A DNA stretch of 64,000 bases, from IMG/VR virus record IMGVR_UViG_3300022213_000004. One strand, written 5' to 3'. How positions within the stretch are numbered: position 1 is the stretch's first letter; every line of letters begins with the position of its first letter. The stretch comes from a virus. Made by a program: the position numbers and the translations under genes. Positions 10,667-21,813 of this stretch are shown here, one piece after another. The notes beneath the pieces were generated by a model. That model had not been told where the DNA came from. It did not search any database and saw nothing but the letters and a program-made list of their open reading frames with translations.

Positions 10667-13600
10667 ATGTCTCAGAAAACTAATCTAAACGTAGCTCCAT
10701 ATTTTGATGACTTTAATCCAAATAATGATTATCATAGGGTTTTATTTAAACCAGGATACCCAGTTCAAGCTAGAGAACTAACCACTCTTCAGTCAATACT
10801 ACAAAATCAAATTGAAAAATTTGGTCAACATTTTTTCAAAGAAGGTGCAAAAGTAATACCAGGAAATACCGGATATACTCAGTTATACTACTGTGTACAA
10901 TTAGAAAATAATTATCTAGGTGTTCCTGTTGCAGCATATGTCGATCAACTTATTGGTGCAAAAATAACCGGACAAACATCCGGTGTTACCGCTGTAGTTG
11001 ACAAAATATTGTTACCCCAGGATTCAGAAAGAGGAAATCTTACATTATACATAAATTATTTAAGTTCTAGTACCCAAAATAATTCTACTCAACAATTTTC
11101 TGATGGAGAGTTATTAACTTCAAATGTTATAATTACATCAGGTCTTTTAGGAAATACTTCTATTGCAGCAGGAGAACCTTTTGCTTCAACAATTTCAACT
11201 AACAGCACTGCTGTTGGATCATCTTTTAATATTTCCGAGGGAGTTTATTTTATAAGAGGGCAGTTTGTTAATGTAAAAACAGAAACTTTAATACTTGATC
11301 AATACACTAATACCCCAAATTATAGAATTGGACTTTTTATTGATGAGCAAATAGTAAATTCAAATACAGATGAAACATTAAACGATAATTCTCAAGGATT
11401 TAATAATTATGCTGCTCCGGGAGCAGATAGATTAAAAATATCAATATATTTGTTCAAAAAATCATTAACTGATTTTGATGATGGTAATTTTGTAGAACTT
11501 GCCACTATTGTTAATGGTTCAATTCGTTCAAAAAAAGATGATGACAAGTATTCATTTATAAAAGACGAGTTTGCAAGAAGAACTTATGCAGAATCGGGTG
11601 ACTATTTAGTTTCTCCATTTGACGTTTCAGTAGAAGAATCTCTGAATAATCAAAAAGGAAATAATGGGGTATTTAATAAAAATCAAATTACTTACGGTGG
11701 AGATACTCCAAGTGAAAGTAAATGCGTTTATAAAATATCTCCAGGAAAAGCATTTATTAGGGGATATGAAGTAGAAACAATTTCTACTTCATTTTTGGAT
11801 GTAAATAAACCAAGAACTACTCGAATTTTAGAAAATCAATCAATTACATATAACACAGGAACAACTCTAAAACTAAACAGAGTTTATGGTTCTACTCCTG
11901 TTGGTTTAGGAAATACTTTTATTTTGAGTTTGAGGGATGAAAGAGTTGGTTCTTCTGGTGCAGTAAGTTCGGGAAAGGAGATAGGTCTTGCTAGGGTTTA
12001 TGATTTTTATCTAGATTCTGGTTCATATAGTACATCAAACTCAAATTTAAACGAGTGGAACATTTCGTTATTTGATGTTCAAACTTTTACAAATATAACT
12101 TTAAATAACCCAGTCACACTCTCAACTCCAACTTTTGTTAAAGGAAATAATAGTGGAGCAACAGCATTTTTGAGGGATAGTGTTGTAGGGACAGCTTTAA
12201 CTCTATATGAGGTAAAAGGTTCTTTTAGTAGATTTGAATCATTTTCGTTTAACGGAATTGATTCTGGGATGATAGGTATTGCAGTTACCTCATATGGAAT
12301 TTCTGATGTAAAATCAATTTACGGTCAAGTAAGTTCTGCATCAACTTTTTCTGCAGATACTATACAATCGAGTGCTTTTAGTGTTGGCATTGCAACAATA
12401 AGTGCAGCATCTAGTGGAGTAAGCACAGTAAGAAGTTCTAACAGTCTTTTTCCTGGGAATATTGTTAAAGTTGGCAATTTAGTTAAGTATTCAGATTTAA
12501 CAAAAACTTCTCCAGTTGTAGCAAAAGTAATTGGAGTAGGAGCGTCAACTATTTCTATAACTGGAGTAACTACAGTAAGTGGAGTAGTAGATGGTTCTTT
12601 ACCAACGTCTGTTTTAAATGTGACTGATTTTACTGTCCTCAAAACAGATTTGGAAAAGTTAACAGATAATACATTATACACTAGTCTCCCAAAAAATAAT
12701 ATATCTAATGTTGATGTTTCAAATACTACTCTCAACATAAGAAAAATATTTACTGTCAATATTTCCAACAACAAACTTTCTACTGTTGTAACTTCTGGCA
12801 CAAACGAAACTTTCTTACCATTTACAGAAAAAAGATATTCTTTAGTTAGATCTGACGGAACAACTGAGGTTTTAACTCCAGATAAATTTGAATTTACTTC
12901 CGGTGGAACAGAATTGCAAATTTATAATCTTGGTTCTAATAATACAAATGCCACCTTAGTAGCAACTTTACAAAAAATAAAACCAAAAGCAAAAGTTAAG
13001 AGAAAGAATAGAGTAAATTCTATAATTATTGAAAATTCAAAATACGAAGGATCTGGAATTGGAGGCACTACTCTAAATGATGGATTAGTATATGGACAAT
13101 ATCCATATGGAACCAGAGTTCAGGATGAAAATATATGCTTAAATGTTGCAGATATTATAGAAATTCACGGAATTTACGAGTCAGAAGACACATCAAATCC
13201 TTCTGCTCCTAAAGCAGTTCTTGCATCTATTACAAGTCAATCCTCCACAACTTCAGAATTAGTAGTTGGGGAAGAAATTTTAGGAACAACTAGTGGCGCT
13301 GTTGCTATTGTTGCAGAAAAACTAACCTCATCACAAATATCATTACTATATAAAAATCAAAATAGATTTAATGAAGGAGAAACAATCACTTTCTCAGAGT
13401 CAAACATTCAGGCGCAAATAGTAACCCTAGATACTCCCAGTTTTGAGATCTCGTTTAATTATAATTTTAATAAAGGTCAAAATGGAAGTTTTTATAATTA
13501 TGGATATTTGATAAGAAAACCAAATATAAGTGAGCCAACTAAAAAGTTAAAAATATATTTTTCTAATGGATATTATGAATCAAGTGATGATGGGGATATT

Positions 13601-16600
13601 ACAACAGTAAATTCATATAATTCTTTTGATTATATCTATGATATTGGTATTGTAAATGGGATTAGAAACACCGATATTATAGACATTAGACCGGTAGTAA
13701 ATAATTATTCGGTTTCAGAAGGATCTCGTTCTCCTTTAGAATTTTATGGAAGAACTTTTGATTCTGTTTCAAATTCATCAAATGCTATATTATCTCCCGA
13801 TGAAACTTTGATTGCATCATTCTCATATTATCTGGGAAGAATTGATTCAATTTATTTGTCTAAAGATGGAAAGTTTCAAGTAAAATATGGAACTCCTTCG
13901 GAAAAACCAGAAAGACCGGTATCGGTAGATGATTGTTTAGAAATAGCAACAATTTCTTTACCCCCATATCTATATTCTAATCGCCAAGCATCTATAAGAT
14001 TTTTAGAATATAAAAGATATAGAATGAGTGATATAAAAAATCTTGAAAATAGAATTAAAAATCTAGAATATTACACTTCACTTTCTTTATTGGAGACAAA
14101 TACTTCCAATCTGTTCATTTCAGATTCTGGTGGATTTAATAGATTTAAATCTGGATTTTTTGTGGATAATTTTACTTCATATTTACCACAAGAATCTGCT
14201 GTAGATATTAATAATTCTATTGATATTGAATTTAAAGAATTGAGACCAAAAGCTTATCCAACCTCAATAGATCTAAAACCTGGATATTCCTCAGTAAACA
14301 CATCTATTGCAGATTTGGCATTTGAAAATCCAGATGGAATTAATATTAGAAAATCTGGAGATATTATAACTTTGGATTATGCTGAAGTTGAATGGTTAAA
14401 GCAATCTTTTGCAACAAGGTCAGAAAGTGTAACACCATTCCTTATTAGTTTTTGGCAGGGAACGGTCGAACTTACTCCAGCATCAGATACCTGGATGGAC
14501 ACTGTTAGAATTAGAGCCAAAATTATTGATGTTGAAGGAAATTACTCAACAACTTTAGCGGATTCGGTAAGAAGATTAAATGTTGATCCACAAACTGGTT
14601 TTGCACCAACTGTTTGGAATGCGTGGACAACAAATTGGACAGGAAGAAATGTTAGCATAAGCACTAGAATATCATCAAGTGGATCTTCAAGTGTACGTGG
14701 TGTTGGTGGTTGGATAAATGGTGGTAGTGGCACAGCCGCATGGGTAGAAACTTCATCTTCTTCGACAATTGAAGAAACACTACAAAATATAACAGAAACT
14801 GGAGTTGAGTCAAGAACTGGAACTAGAACGGTAGTCACTGAGCAATTTGATAGAACTTCTGTTGGTGATAGAGTTGTAAGTAGGGATATTGTTCCTTACA
14901 TGAGGTCAAGGAATGTTCAATTTATTTCCAAAAAAATCAAACCACTCACTCAAATTTATGCATTCTTTGATGGAAAAGATGTAACAAAATACTGTGTCCC
15001 CAAACTTCTAGAAATTACTATGTCATCTGGAGTATTTCAGATTGGAGAAACTGTAACGGGGTATATTCAACAAACTGGAACGGGTCAAAATGAAAATGAT
15101 ATTGCCGCAAAAATTACTTTTAGAGTTGCACAAACTAACCATCGAGAAGGGGCTTATGACTCACCTACAGTAACATATTCAAGAAATCCATACAATTCTC
15201 AAGTTCTTCCATCAACATATTCATCAACTTCAACAATATTGAATGTTGACACATTTTCTCTTTCAAATTCAACTCAAGGAGAATTTGGTGGATGGGTAGA
15301 AACTGGCATGATTTTAATAGGCAATACCAGCAAGGCCCAGGCAACTGTTTCTAATTTAAGATTAATATCTGATTTATCTGCTACTTTAATAGGAAGTTTC
15401 TATATTCCAAATCCAAATACAGAGGTACATCCAAGATTTGAATCTGGAACAAAAACCTTTACTTTAGTGAATACTGCAAATAATGACCAAAACGCAGCAA
15501 CTACTATTGCAGAGGAAGCATTCGTCTCCAGTGGAACTATTGAGACTGTTCAAGAAAATATTGTTTCAGTGAGAAACGCTAGAGTTGAAAATAAACAAGA
15601 ATTTGATTCGAGAGCAGTTTCCAGAACAACTGGTACTCAGGTAATAAATTCTAGAGTTATAGCTTCGGCGTCATCATCAAGGGTTATAGGGTGGTACGAT
15701 CCATTAGCACAATCATTTTTGGTTGATAATGAAGAAGGTGTTTTCTTAACTAGTTGTGACGTATTCTTCAAAACAAAAGATGATGCAGATATCCCAGTTA
15801 CTTTCCAGTTAAGAACTATGAGGGGAGGATTTCCCACTCAATATGTTCTTCCATTGTCAGAAATTATACTGAACCCCGATCAGGTTAATGTATCGGGAGA
15901 TGGGTCTGTACCAACTAGAGTAACATTTAAAGCACCTGTTTACTTAGAGGGGGGAGGCGAATATTGTATTTGTCTCGCATCAATTTCAACAAAATATAGT
16001 GTCTATATTTCTAGAATAGGTGAAAATGATTTACTAACACAAACATTCATATCCAATCAACCATATCTAGGGTCATTATTTAAATCCCAAAATGCCTCTA
16101 CATGGGAAGCAAGTCAGTGGGAAGACCTCAAGTTCACTTTATATAGAGCGGATTTTATTGAAAATGGTTCTATAGATTTTTACAATCCAGATTTAACTGA
16201 GGGTAATTCACAAATTGCAAAATTGATGCCCAATTCTTTGCAGTTTAATTCTAAAAAAATTAGAGTAAGTCTTTCTTCAACCATTTCAGACTCTGGAATA
16301 AAACTTGGAAATACCATAATTCAAGCAAACACTACTGGCAGAGGAAATTATGTGGGAAGTGCCGGAAGTGCAACAGGAACTCTTTCTATAAGTAATCCCG
16401 GTATTGGATACACCCCAAGTTCTGGCGGATATGCATTCAATAATGTAAGTCTAACTACAGTTACAGGTAAGGGTACAGGAGCTACAGCAAATATAACTAT
16501 TTCTAATGGAGTTGCTGCGGCTGCCACGATTGTTAATGGTGGAAGCGGGTATCAATCTGGCGATGTTTTGGGAATTAGTAGCATTGGTAATAGTCCAGTA

Positions 16601-18148
16601 GGAACAAATGCTAGATTAACTATAGTTTCTATAGGCAATACAAATCAAATTATTATAGATAATGTCCAAGGTGAATTTTCAACTGGTGTAGGAAAGACAA
16701 TTCAATACATCAATAGTTCCGGAATTACTACCACTTTAAATGCGTCTCTGGGTGGAAATATTTTGGCAAATGAGATTATTACTGAAAGTGATGGTTTGCA
16801 TGTGAAAGTAAATCATAAAAATCATGGAATGTATTTTGATAATAATTTTGTTAAGATATCTGGAGTTGAATCTGATGTAAAACCAACAAAATTATCCGCA
16901 GAATATGCATCAGACTCCACTGGACAAATAACTGTCGAAGATGCATCGAAATTTGCAAATTTTGAAGGTGTTGGAGTTGGAACAACTAATCCGGGATATC
17001 TTCTAATAGGAAATGAATTGATAGAGTATACTTCAGTTATAGGTAATACTATTGGTGGAGATATATCTAGAGGTTTATCATATGGACCAAATTCTGCCTC
17101 AGTAACTCATCCAATAAATTCTACAGTTTATAAGTATGAAATTAATAATATTTCTCTTAGAAGAATTAATAAAATTCATGATTTAAATAATGTAACATTA
17201 GAAAATCCTATTGGATTTGACTATTATAATATTAAACTAGATATGTCTTCGGATGGTGTTGATAGATCTGTTGGTATAGGATTTAGTAATCTATACCAAA
17301 ATACAACTAAATCTGGTGGTGGTTTTAATATAAGAGCATCCCAGAATATTCCATATGAAATTATTTTACCAAACGTCCATAATGTTACAGTAAACGGAAC
17401 TTCATTGAGTGCAGAATTGAGAACTGTTACAGGGAAGAGTATAAGTGGTAATGAAATACCATTTATTGATAATGGATTTGAACCTGTAACAATAAGAGAA
17501 AATAATTATCTTTCTTCACCAAGAATTGTTTGCTCCAAAGTTAATGAAAGCAATTTTCTATCAAATTTACCTGAAAACAAATCTTTAACTTTAAGACTTA
17601 CTCTGGGGACAACAACACCATATCTTTCTCCGGTGATAGATACTCAAAGAATAAGTGCCCAATTTGCTTCAAATAGAGTTAATAACATTGTAACAGATTA
17701 TGCAACCGACAATAGAGTTAATTCTATTTCAGATGATCCAACCGCTTTCCAGTATATTTCAAAAGAAATAAACTTAGAAAATTCGGCAACTTCTCTCAAA
17801 ATAATTTTAGAAGCTTATATCAATTCATATTGCGATATAAGAGCTTTTTACTCTATTGGACAAAATCCAGGTTTTTCTCCAATCTTTACTCCTTTTCCTG
17901 GATATGATAATTTGAATGAAAAATCTCAAATTATTTCATTAGAAGATAGTAATGGAAAATCGGATTCATTCGTAACTCCTACAAGTTCTTTGGAATATAT
18001 TTTAAGTGATGGTGATTTTAAGGAATATGTTTTTACAACTGACAACTTACCATCATTTAGAAATTTTAGAATTAAATTGTTGGGAACATCGACAAATCAA
18101 GTTTTTGTCCCTAGAATAAGAAATTTAAGAGTTATTTCTCTTGCATAA
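10667..18148 (+). CDS. Large virion structural protein (VrlC-like / DUF4815 family)
   Basis: N-terminus TNLNVAPYFDDF...VLFKPGYPVQARELTTLQSILQNQI; APGADRLKI; RRTYAESGDY; RFKSGFFVDNF; DPLAQSF; GSLFKSQNASTW. Confidence 0.85.
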   Translation: MSQKTNLNVAPYFDDFNPNNDYHRVLFKPGYPVQARELTTLQSILQNQIEKFGQHFFKEGAKVIPGNTGYTQLYYCVQLENNYLGVPVAAYVDQLIGAKITGQTSGVTAVVDKILLPQDSERGNLTLYINYLSSSTQNNSTQQFSDGELLTSNVIITSGLLGNTSIAAGEPFASTISTNSTAVGSSFNISEGVYFIRGQFVNVKTETLILDQYTNTPNYRIGLFIDEQIVNSNTDETLNDNSQGFNNYAAPGADRLKISIYLFKKSLTDFDDGNFVELATIVNGSIRSKKDDDKYSFIKDEFARRTYAESGDYLVSPFDVSVEESLNNQKGNNGVFNKNQITYGGDTPSESKCVYKISPGKAFIRGYEVETISTSFLDVNKPRTTRILENQSITYNTGTTLKLNRVYGSTPVGLGNTFILSLRDERVGSSGAVSSGKEIGLARVYDFYLDSGSYSTSNSNLNEWNISLFDVQTFTNITLNNPVTLSTPTFVKGNNSGATAFLRDSVVGTALTLYEVKGSFSRFESFSFNGIDSGMIGIAVTSYGISDVKSIYGQVSSASTFSADTIQSSAFSVGIATISAASSGVSTVRSSNSLFPGNIVKVGNLVKYSDLTKTSPVVAKVIGVGASTISITGVTTVSGVVDGSLPTSVLNVTDFTVLKTDLEKLTDNTLYTSLPKNNISNVDVSNTTLNIRKIFTVNISNNKLSTVVTSGTNETFLPFTEKRYSLVRSDGTTEVLTPDKFEFTSGGTELQIYNLGSNNTNATLVATLQKIKPKAKVKRKNRVNSIIIENSKYEGSGIGGTTLNDGLVYGQYPYGTRVQDENICLNVADIIEIHGIYESEDTSNPSAPKAVLASITSQSSTTSELVVGEEILGTTSGAVAIVAEKLTSSQISLLYKNQNRFNEGETITFSESNIQAQIVTLDTPSFEISFNYNFNKGQNGSFYNYGYLIRKPNISEPTKKLKIYFSNGYYESSDDGDITTVNSYNSFDYIYDIGIVNGIRNTDIIDIRPVVNNYSVSEGSRSPLEFYGRTFDSVSNSSNAILSPDETLIASFSYYLGRIDSIYLSKDGKFQVKYGTPSEKPERPVSVDDCLEIATISLPPYLYSNRQASIRFLEYKRYRMSDIKNLENRIKNLEYYTSLSLLETNTSNLFISDSGGFNRFKSGFFVDNFTSYLPQESAVDINNSIDIEFKELRPKAYPTSIDLKPGYSSVNTSIADLAFENPDGINIRKSGDIITLDYAEVEWLKQSFATRSESVTPFLISFWQGTVELTPASDTWMDTVRIRAKIIDVEGNYSTTLADSVRRLNVDPQTGFAPTVWNAWTTNWTGRNVSISTRISSSGSSSVRGVGGWINGGSGTAAWVETSSSSTIEETLQNITETGVESRTGTRTVVTEQFDRTSVGDRVVSRDIVPYMRSRNVQFISKKIKPLTQIYAFFDGKDVTKYCVPKLLEITMSSGVFQIGETVTGYIQQTGTGQNENDIAAKITFRVAQTNHREGAYDSPTVTYSRNPYNSQVLPSTYSSTSTILNVDTFSLSNSTQGEFGGWVETGMILIGNTSKAQATVSNLRLISDLSATLIGSFYIPNPNTEVHPRFESGTKTFTLVNTANNDQNAATTIAEEAFVSSGTIETVQENIVSVRNARVENKQEFDSRAVSRTTGTQVINSRVIASASSSRVIGWYDPLAQSFLVDNEEGVFLTSCDVFFKTKDDADIPVTFQLRTMRGGFPTQYVLPLSEIILNPDQVNVSGDGSVPTRVTFKAPVYLEGGGEYCICLASISTKYSVYISRIGENDLLTQTFISNQPYLGSLFKSQNASTWEASQWEDLKFTLYRADFIENGSIDFYNPDLTEGNSQIAKLMPNSLQFNSKKIRVSLSSTISDSGIKLGNTIIQANTTGRGNYVGSAGSATGTLSISNPGIGYTPSSGGYAFNNVSLTTVTGKGTGATANITISNGVAAAATIVNGGSGYQSGDVLGISSIGNSPVGTNARLTIVSIGNTNQIIIDNVQGEFSTGVGKTIQYINSSGITTTLNASLGGNILANEIITESDGLHVKVNHKNHGMYFDNNFVKISGVESDVKPTKLSAEYASDSTGQITVEDASKFANFEGVGVGTTNPGYLLIGNELIEYTSVIGNTIGGDISRGLSYGPNSASVTHPINSTVYKYEINNISLRRINKIHDLNNVTLENPIGFDYYNIKLDMSSDGVDRSVGIGFSNLYQNTTKSGGGFNIRASQNIPYEIILPNVHNVTVNGTSLSAELRTVTGKSISGNEIPFIDNGFEPVTIRENNYLSSPRIVCSKVNESNFLSNLPENKSLTLRLTLGTTTPYLSPVIDTQRISAQFASNRVNNIVTDYATDNRVNSISDDPTAFQYISKEINLENSATSLKIILEAYINSYCDIRAFYSIGQNPGFSPIFTPFPGYDNLNEKSQIISLEDSNGKSDSFVTPTSSLEYILSDGDFKEYVFTTDNLPSFRNFRIKLLGTSTNQVFVPRIRNLRVISLA

Positions 18149-18377
18149 TATGAGTTATATAAAGGTGGAGGGTCATGAAGGTCTATTTCGTGACTCAAAT
18201 ACAAACTCCATTATCAACAAAAACATGACAGAATATCAAGAGTACATCTCTAGAAAAAAATTCAAACGTGAAGAAGATGAAAAAATGAAAAATTTAGAAT
18301 CCGAAGTTTCTGAAATAAAAAATGATCTTAATGAAATTAAATCTATGTTAAGGAGTTTTATAAAAGAATCTTCATAG
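18141..18377 (+). CDS. Conserved small hypothetical protein with C-terminal coiled coil
   Basis: YIKVEGHEGLFRDSNTNSIIN followed by heptad tail; start may be the ATG at 18150. Confidence 0.7.
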   Translation: MHNMSYIKVEGHEGLFRDSNTNSIINKNMTEYQEYISRKKFKREEDEKMKNLESEVSEIKNDLNEIKSMLRSFIKESS

Positions 18378-18470
18378 CAATTTAACAAAATTTCAAAGGA
18401 ACACACAAAAATTTATACAAAATAATATAAAAATTTTATTTTAAATATAGGAAAATAACATCTCATATAC

Positions 18471-18478
18471 TATAAATA
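18471..18478 (+). promoter_or_regulatory. T4-type late promoter (TATAAATA) for gp13
   Basis: Exact TATAAATA 21 nt upstream of the gp13 ATG. Confidence 0.8.
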
Positions 18479-18499
18479 TTTCTAAGAATAAAACTAAAT

Positions 18500-19348
18500 A
18501 TGGCGCAACCATCTACTAGACAGGAACTCATAGATTACTGCAAAAGAAAACTGGGAGCGCCAGTTTTGGAAATTAACGTTGCTGATGAGCAGATTGAAGA
18601 CTTAGTAGATGATGCAGTTCAGTTTTTTCAAGAGCGTCATTTTGATGGAGTTTATCCCACGTTTTATAAGTACAAAGTAACTCAAGCAGATATTGATAGA
18701 GGAAGAGCAAAAGGATTAAGTCAGGATAGTGTTGGCATTGTTACTACAACGGTCAATACAAATATAGTAGGAACTGCCACTACTTTTAGTTATTATGAAA
18801 ATAGTAATTATCTCCAAGTCCCCCCAAATATCATTGGAGTAAACAAAATTTTTACTTTTGATGGGGCTAATACTATCACTCATAATATGTTTAGTGTTAA
18901 ATATCAATTGTTCCTAAACGATATTTACTACTGGGGAACAACTGAACTTTTGAGTTATGCAATGGTTAAGACATATCTAGAAGACCTAGATTTTCTCTTA
19001 AATACACAAAAACAAATCAGATTTAATAAGAGGCAGGATAGATTATACTTAGATATTGATTGGGGTTCCGTAACAGAAAATCATTATTTTGTTATTGATT
19101 GCTATTCAACTCTAGATCCAAATGATTATTCAAGAGTTTGGAATGATTCTTTCCTAAAACCATATCTGACTGCACTAATTAAAAAGCAGTGGGGTCAGAA
19201 TATGATGAAATTCACTGGAGTTAAACTTCCAGGTGGAGTTGAATTAAATGGCAGACAAATGTATGATGATGCACAAAGAGAGATAGATGTTTTAATGGAG
19301 AAGATGTCTAGCACTTACGAACTTCCACCCTATGATATGATTGGTTAA
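18500..19348 (+). CDS. gp13: Neck protein gp13
   Basis: YCKRKLGAPVLEINVADEQIEDLVDDA; KKQWGQNMMKFTGVKLPGGVELNG. Confidence 0.93.
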   Translation: MAQPSTRQELIDYCKRKLGAPVLEINVADEQIEDLVDDAVQFFQERHFDGVYPTFYKYKVTQADIDRGRAKGLSQDSVGIVTTTVNTNIVGTATTFSYYENSNYLQVPPNIIGVNKIFTFDGANTITHNMFSVKYQLFLNDIYYWGTTELLSYAMVKTYLEDLDFLLNTQKQIRFNKRQDRLYLDIDWGSVTENHYFVIDCYSTLDPNDYSRVWNDSFLKPYLTALIKKQWGQNMMKFTGVKLPGGVELNGRQMYDDAQREIDVLMEKMSSTYELPPYDMIG

Positions 19349-19351
19349 TAT

Positions 19352-20758
19352 ATGTTAAATCCATTCTTTCTTCAAGGATCAAAATCAGAGCAAGGTCTTA
19401 TTCAAGATTTAATTAATGAACAATTGAGGATGTATGGCGTTGAAGTTTATTATTTGCCGAGAAAGTATATTACTGAAAAAACAATAATAAGAGAATTGAT
19501 AGAATCCAAATTTACAAATGCATATCCAATTGAAGCATATGTTAATAGTTTTGATGGATATGGAGATAATCCAACAATATTATCAAAGTTTGGGATTCAA
19601 GCACTCAACGAAATTACACTTACTATTTCTAGAGAAAGATTTAAAAATTACATCTCTCCTCTATTAAAAAATCAACCCAATATTAAATTATCCTCAAGAC
19701 CCAAAGAGGGAGATTTAGTTTGGTTTCCTCTTGGCGATAGATTATTTGAAATAAAATATGTTGAACCTGAAAAACCATTTTATCAACTGCAAGAAAATTA
19801 CACGTATGAATTGAGGTGTGAACTTTTCAGATATGAAGATGAGATTATTGATACTGATGTAGAAGATATTGATGACAACATTAGTGGAAGTTTGGGTGAT
19901 GATAAAGTTCCTATTGGATCAATCCAAAAACTTACAATGGTCGGAATCGGTGTTACCGCATCTGCAATTACAGAAATTGTAAATGGTGGTATTAGATTTA
20001 TTACTATCACAAATCGTGGTGGCGGATATACAAGCACTCCAACTGTAGGAATATCGTCAGCACCTTCTGGAGGAAAAACTGCAGTAGCAATTGCTAAAAT
20101 GATTGGTGGGATTGTAGTATGTAATGATAATACAAATCCTTCTGCACAATCTGTTCAGAGTGTTGAGATAGTAAATCCTGGATATGGATATACAATAACT
20201 CCAGGAGTTAGATTTATTGGTGGGGGTGGGAATGGAGCAACCGCAACTGCAACTTTAGGTGATGGAATTATTGGAATTATAACAATTACAAATTCTGGTT
20301 CAGGATACGTAACTCCACCAACAATTACATTCAGTGGCATTTCTTCAGTATCTGCTGCTGCTACTGCTGTTGTTTCTACTTCAGGAACAATTACACAAAT
20401 CAGAATTACAAATGCGGGTCTTGGATATACTGAAGCGCCAATAATTACTATCGGAAATCCATCATTGTCTTCCACAGGAACATTTGTTTTTAATGAAATT
20501 GTTACGGGTTCTCAAAGTGGAGTAACTGCAAGAGTAAGATCCTGGAATTCTATTACTAATATCCTTGAAGTTTCTAATGTAAATGGAGAATTTATTTCCG
20601 GAGAAAATGTCGTAGGAACAGCATCAAGTGCATCTTATCGCTTAAGATCTGTCGATGTTTTTGCACCTAAAGATGGATTTTCGAGTAATGAAGAAATTGA
20701 AACCAAAGCAAATAATATTATAGATTTTAGTGAGTTAAATCCCTTTGGAATGCCATAA
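19352..20758 (+). CDS. gp14: Neck protein gp14 with inserted repeat domains
   Basis: EQLRMYGVEVYYLPR, RPKEGDLVWFP, PFYQL...YELRCELFRY, IIDFSELNPFG. Confidence 0.92.
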   Translation: MLNPFFLQGSKSEQGLIQDLINEQLRMYGVEVYYLPRKYITEKTIIRELIESKFTNAYPIEAYVNSFDGYGDNPTILSKFGIQALNEITLTISRERFKNYISPLLKNQPNIKLSSRPKEGDLVWFPLGDRLFEIKYVEPEKPFYQLQENYTYELRCELFRYEDEIIDTDVEDIDDNISGSLGDDKVPIGSIQKLTMVGIGVTASAITEIVNGGIRFITITNRGGGYTSTPTVGISSAPSGGKTAVAIAKMIGGIVVCNDNTNPSAQSVQSVEIVNPGYGYTITPGVRFIGGGGNGATATATLGDGIIGIITITNSGSGYVTPPTITFSGISSVSAAATAVVSTSGTITQIRITNAGLGYTEAPIITIGNPSLSSTGTFVFNEIVTGSQSGVTARVRSWNSITNILEVSNVNGEFISGENVVGTASSASYRLRSVDVFAPKDGFSSNEEIETKANNIIDFSELNPFGMP

Positions 20759-20761
20759 TTC

Positions 20762-20769
20762 TATAAATA
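20762..20769 (+). promoter_or_regulatory. Late promoter (TATAAATA) for gp15
   Basis: Exact consensus in the gp14-gp15 intergenic gap. Confidence 0.75.
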
Positions 20770-20811
20770 GAATTTATTATGTTTAAATATTATCATAAGG
20801 GTCTGTAGTAT

Positions 20812-21813
20812 ATGTTTGAGTATTTTTATCACGAAATTTTAAGAAAAACCGTTATTGCATTTGGTTCTTTATTTAATGAAATAAATATCAAGCACACCAA
20901 TAATAGTGGAGATGTTACTAACATCATTAAGGTTCCTCTTGCATATGGACCAACGCAGAAGTTTCTTGCAAGATTAGAACAGTCTCCAGATTTAAATAAA
21001 CCAGTTCAAATAACATTGCCAAGAATGTCTTTTGAATTTATTGGTTTAACTTATGACCCATCAAGAAAATCAACAACTACTCAAACATTTACTGCAAAAT
21101 CAACGGAAGACGGAACAGAAACTAAAAAGACGTATCTCCCTGTTCCTTACAATATGCAATTTGAACTTAGCATTATGTCAAAGTTAAATGATGATGCTTT
21201 ACAAATAATAGAACAAATTTTGCCATATTTTCAACCAGCATATGCAATGAGTGTAGAATTGGTCGATATTATCAACGAAAAGAGGGACGTTCCTGTTGTT
21301 CTTGAAAATATAACAATGCAGGACGATTATGAAGGCAATTTTACAACGAGAAGAGTATTAATTTATACTTTAAGATTTACTGCAAAAACTTACTTGTTTG
21401 GCCCTGTTTCTTCTGCGACAAAGGATATTATCAAAAAGACTACTATTGGTTATATCACTGGAGATACTACAAATACTCCAATGAGAGAAATCGTATATTC
21501 TGCGGAACCAAGAGCAATCAAAAATTATACAGGAATTATTCTTACAAACTTAACTAAAGATATTACGTCAGAAGATACATTAATTGCAGTAGATAATGTA
21601 AGTTCGATTCTTGTAAATACATATCTAGATATTGAAGGTGAAGAAGTTTATGTAAAATCAAAAGCAGGAAATATTCTTACTGTTGATAGGGGAAGGGATA
21701 ATACTACTATTACTTCACACTTAGCGGGTTCTCCAATCAAGTCTATTACTGCAACTGATGCTACTCTAATTGAAGATGGAGATGATTTTGGATTTAGTGG
21801 TAGTAATCTATGA
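20812..21813 (+). CDS. gp15: Tail sheath stabilizer/terminator gp15
   Basis: YFYHEILRKTVIAFGSLFN, KVPLAYGPTQKFLARL, TLPRMSFE, QIIEQILPYFQP. Confidence 0.93.
   Translation: MFEYFYHEILRKTVIAFGSLFNEINIKHTNNSGDVTNIIKVPLAYGPTQKFLARLEQSPDLNKPVQITLPRMSFEFIGLTYDPSRKSTTTQTFTAKSTEDGTETKKTYLPVPYNMQFELSIMSKLNDDALQIIEQILPYFQPAYAMSVELVDIINEKRDVPVVLENITMQDDYEGNFTTRRVLIYTLRFTAKTYLFGPVSSATKDIIKKTTIGYITGDTTNTPMREIVYSAEPRAIKNYTGIILTNLTKDITSEDTLIAVDNVSSILVNTYLDIEGEEVYVKSKAGNILTVDRGRDNTTITSHLAGSPIKSITATDATLIEDGDDFGFSGSNL

Noticed and set aside
18378-18470. AT-rich gap as replication origin
   Set aside because: No iterons or other support; explained as spacer plus late promoter.
1750-20475. Many short minus-strand ORFs within structural genes
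   Set aside because: Antisense artefacts of Gly/Thr/Ser/Val-rich coding sequence.
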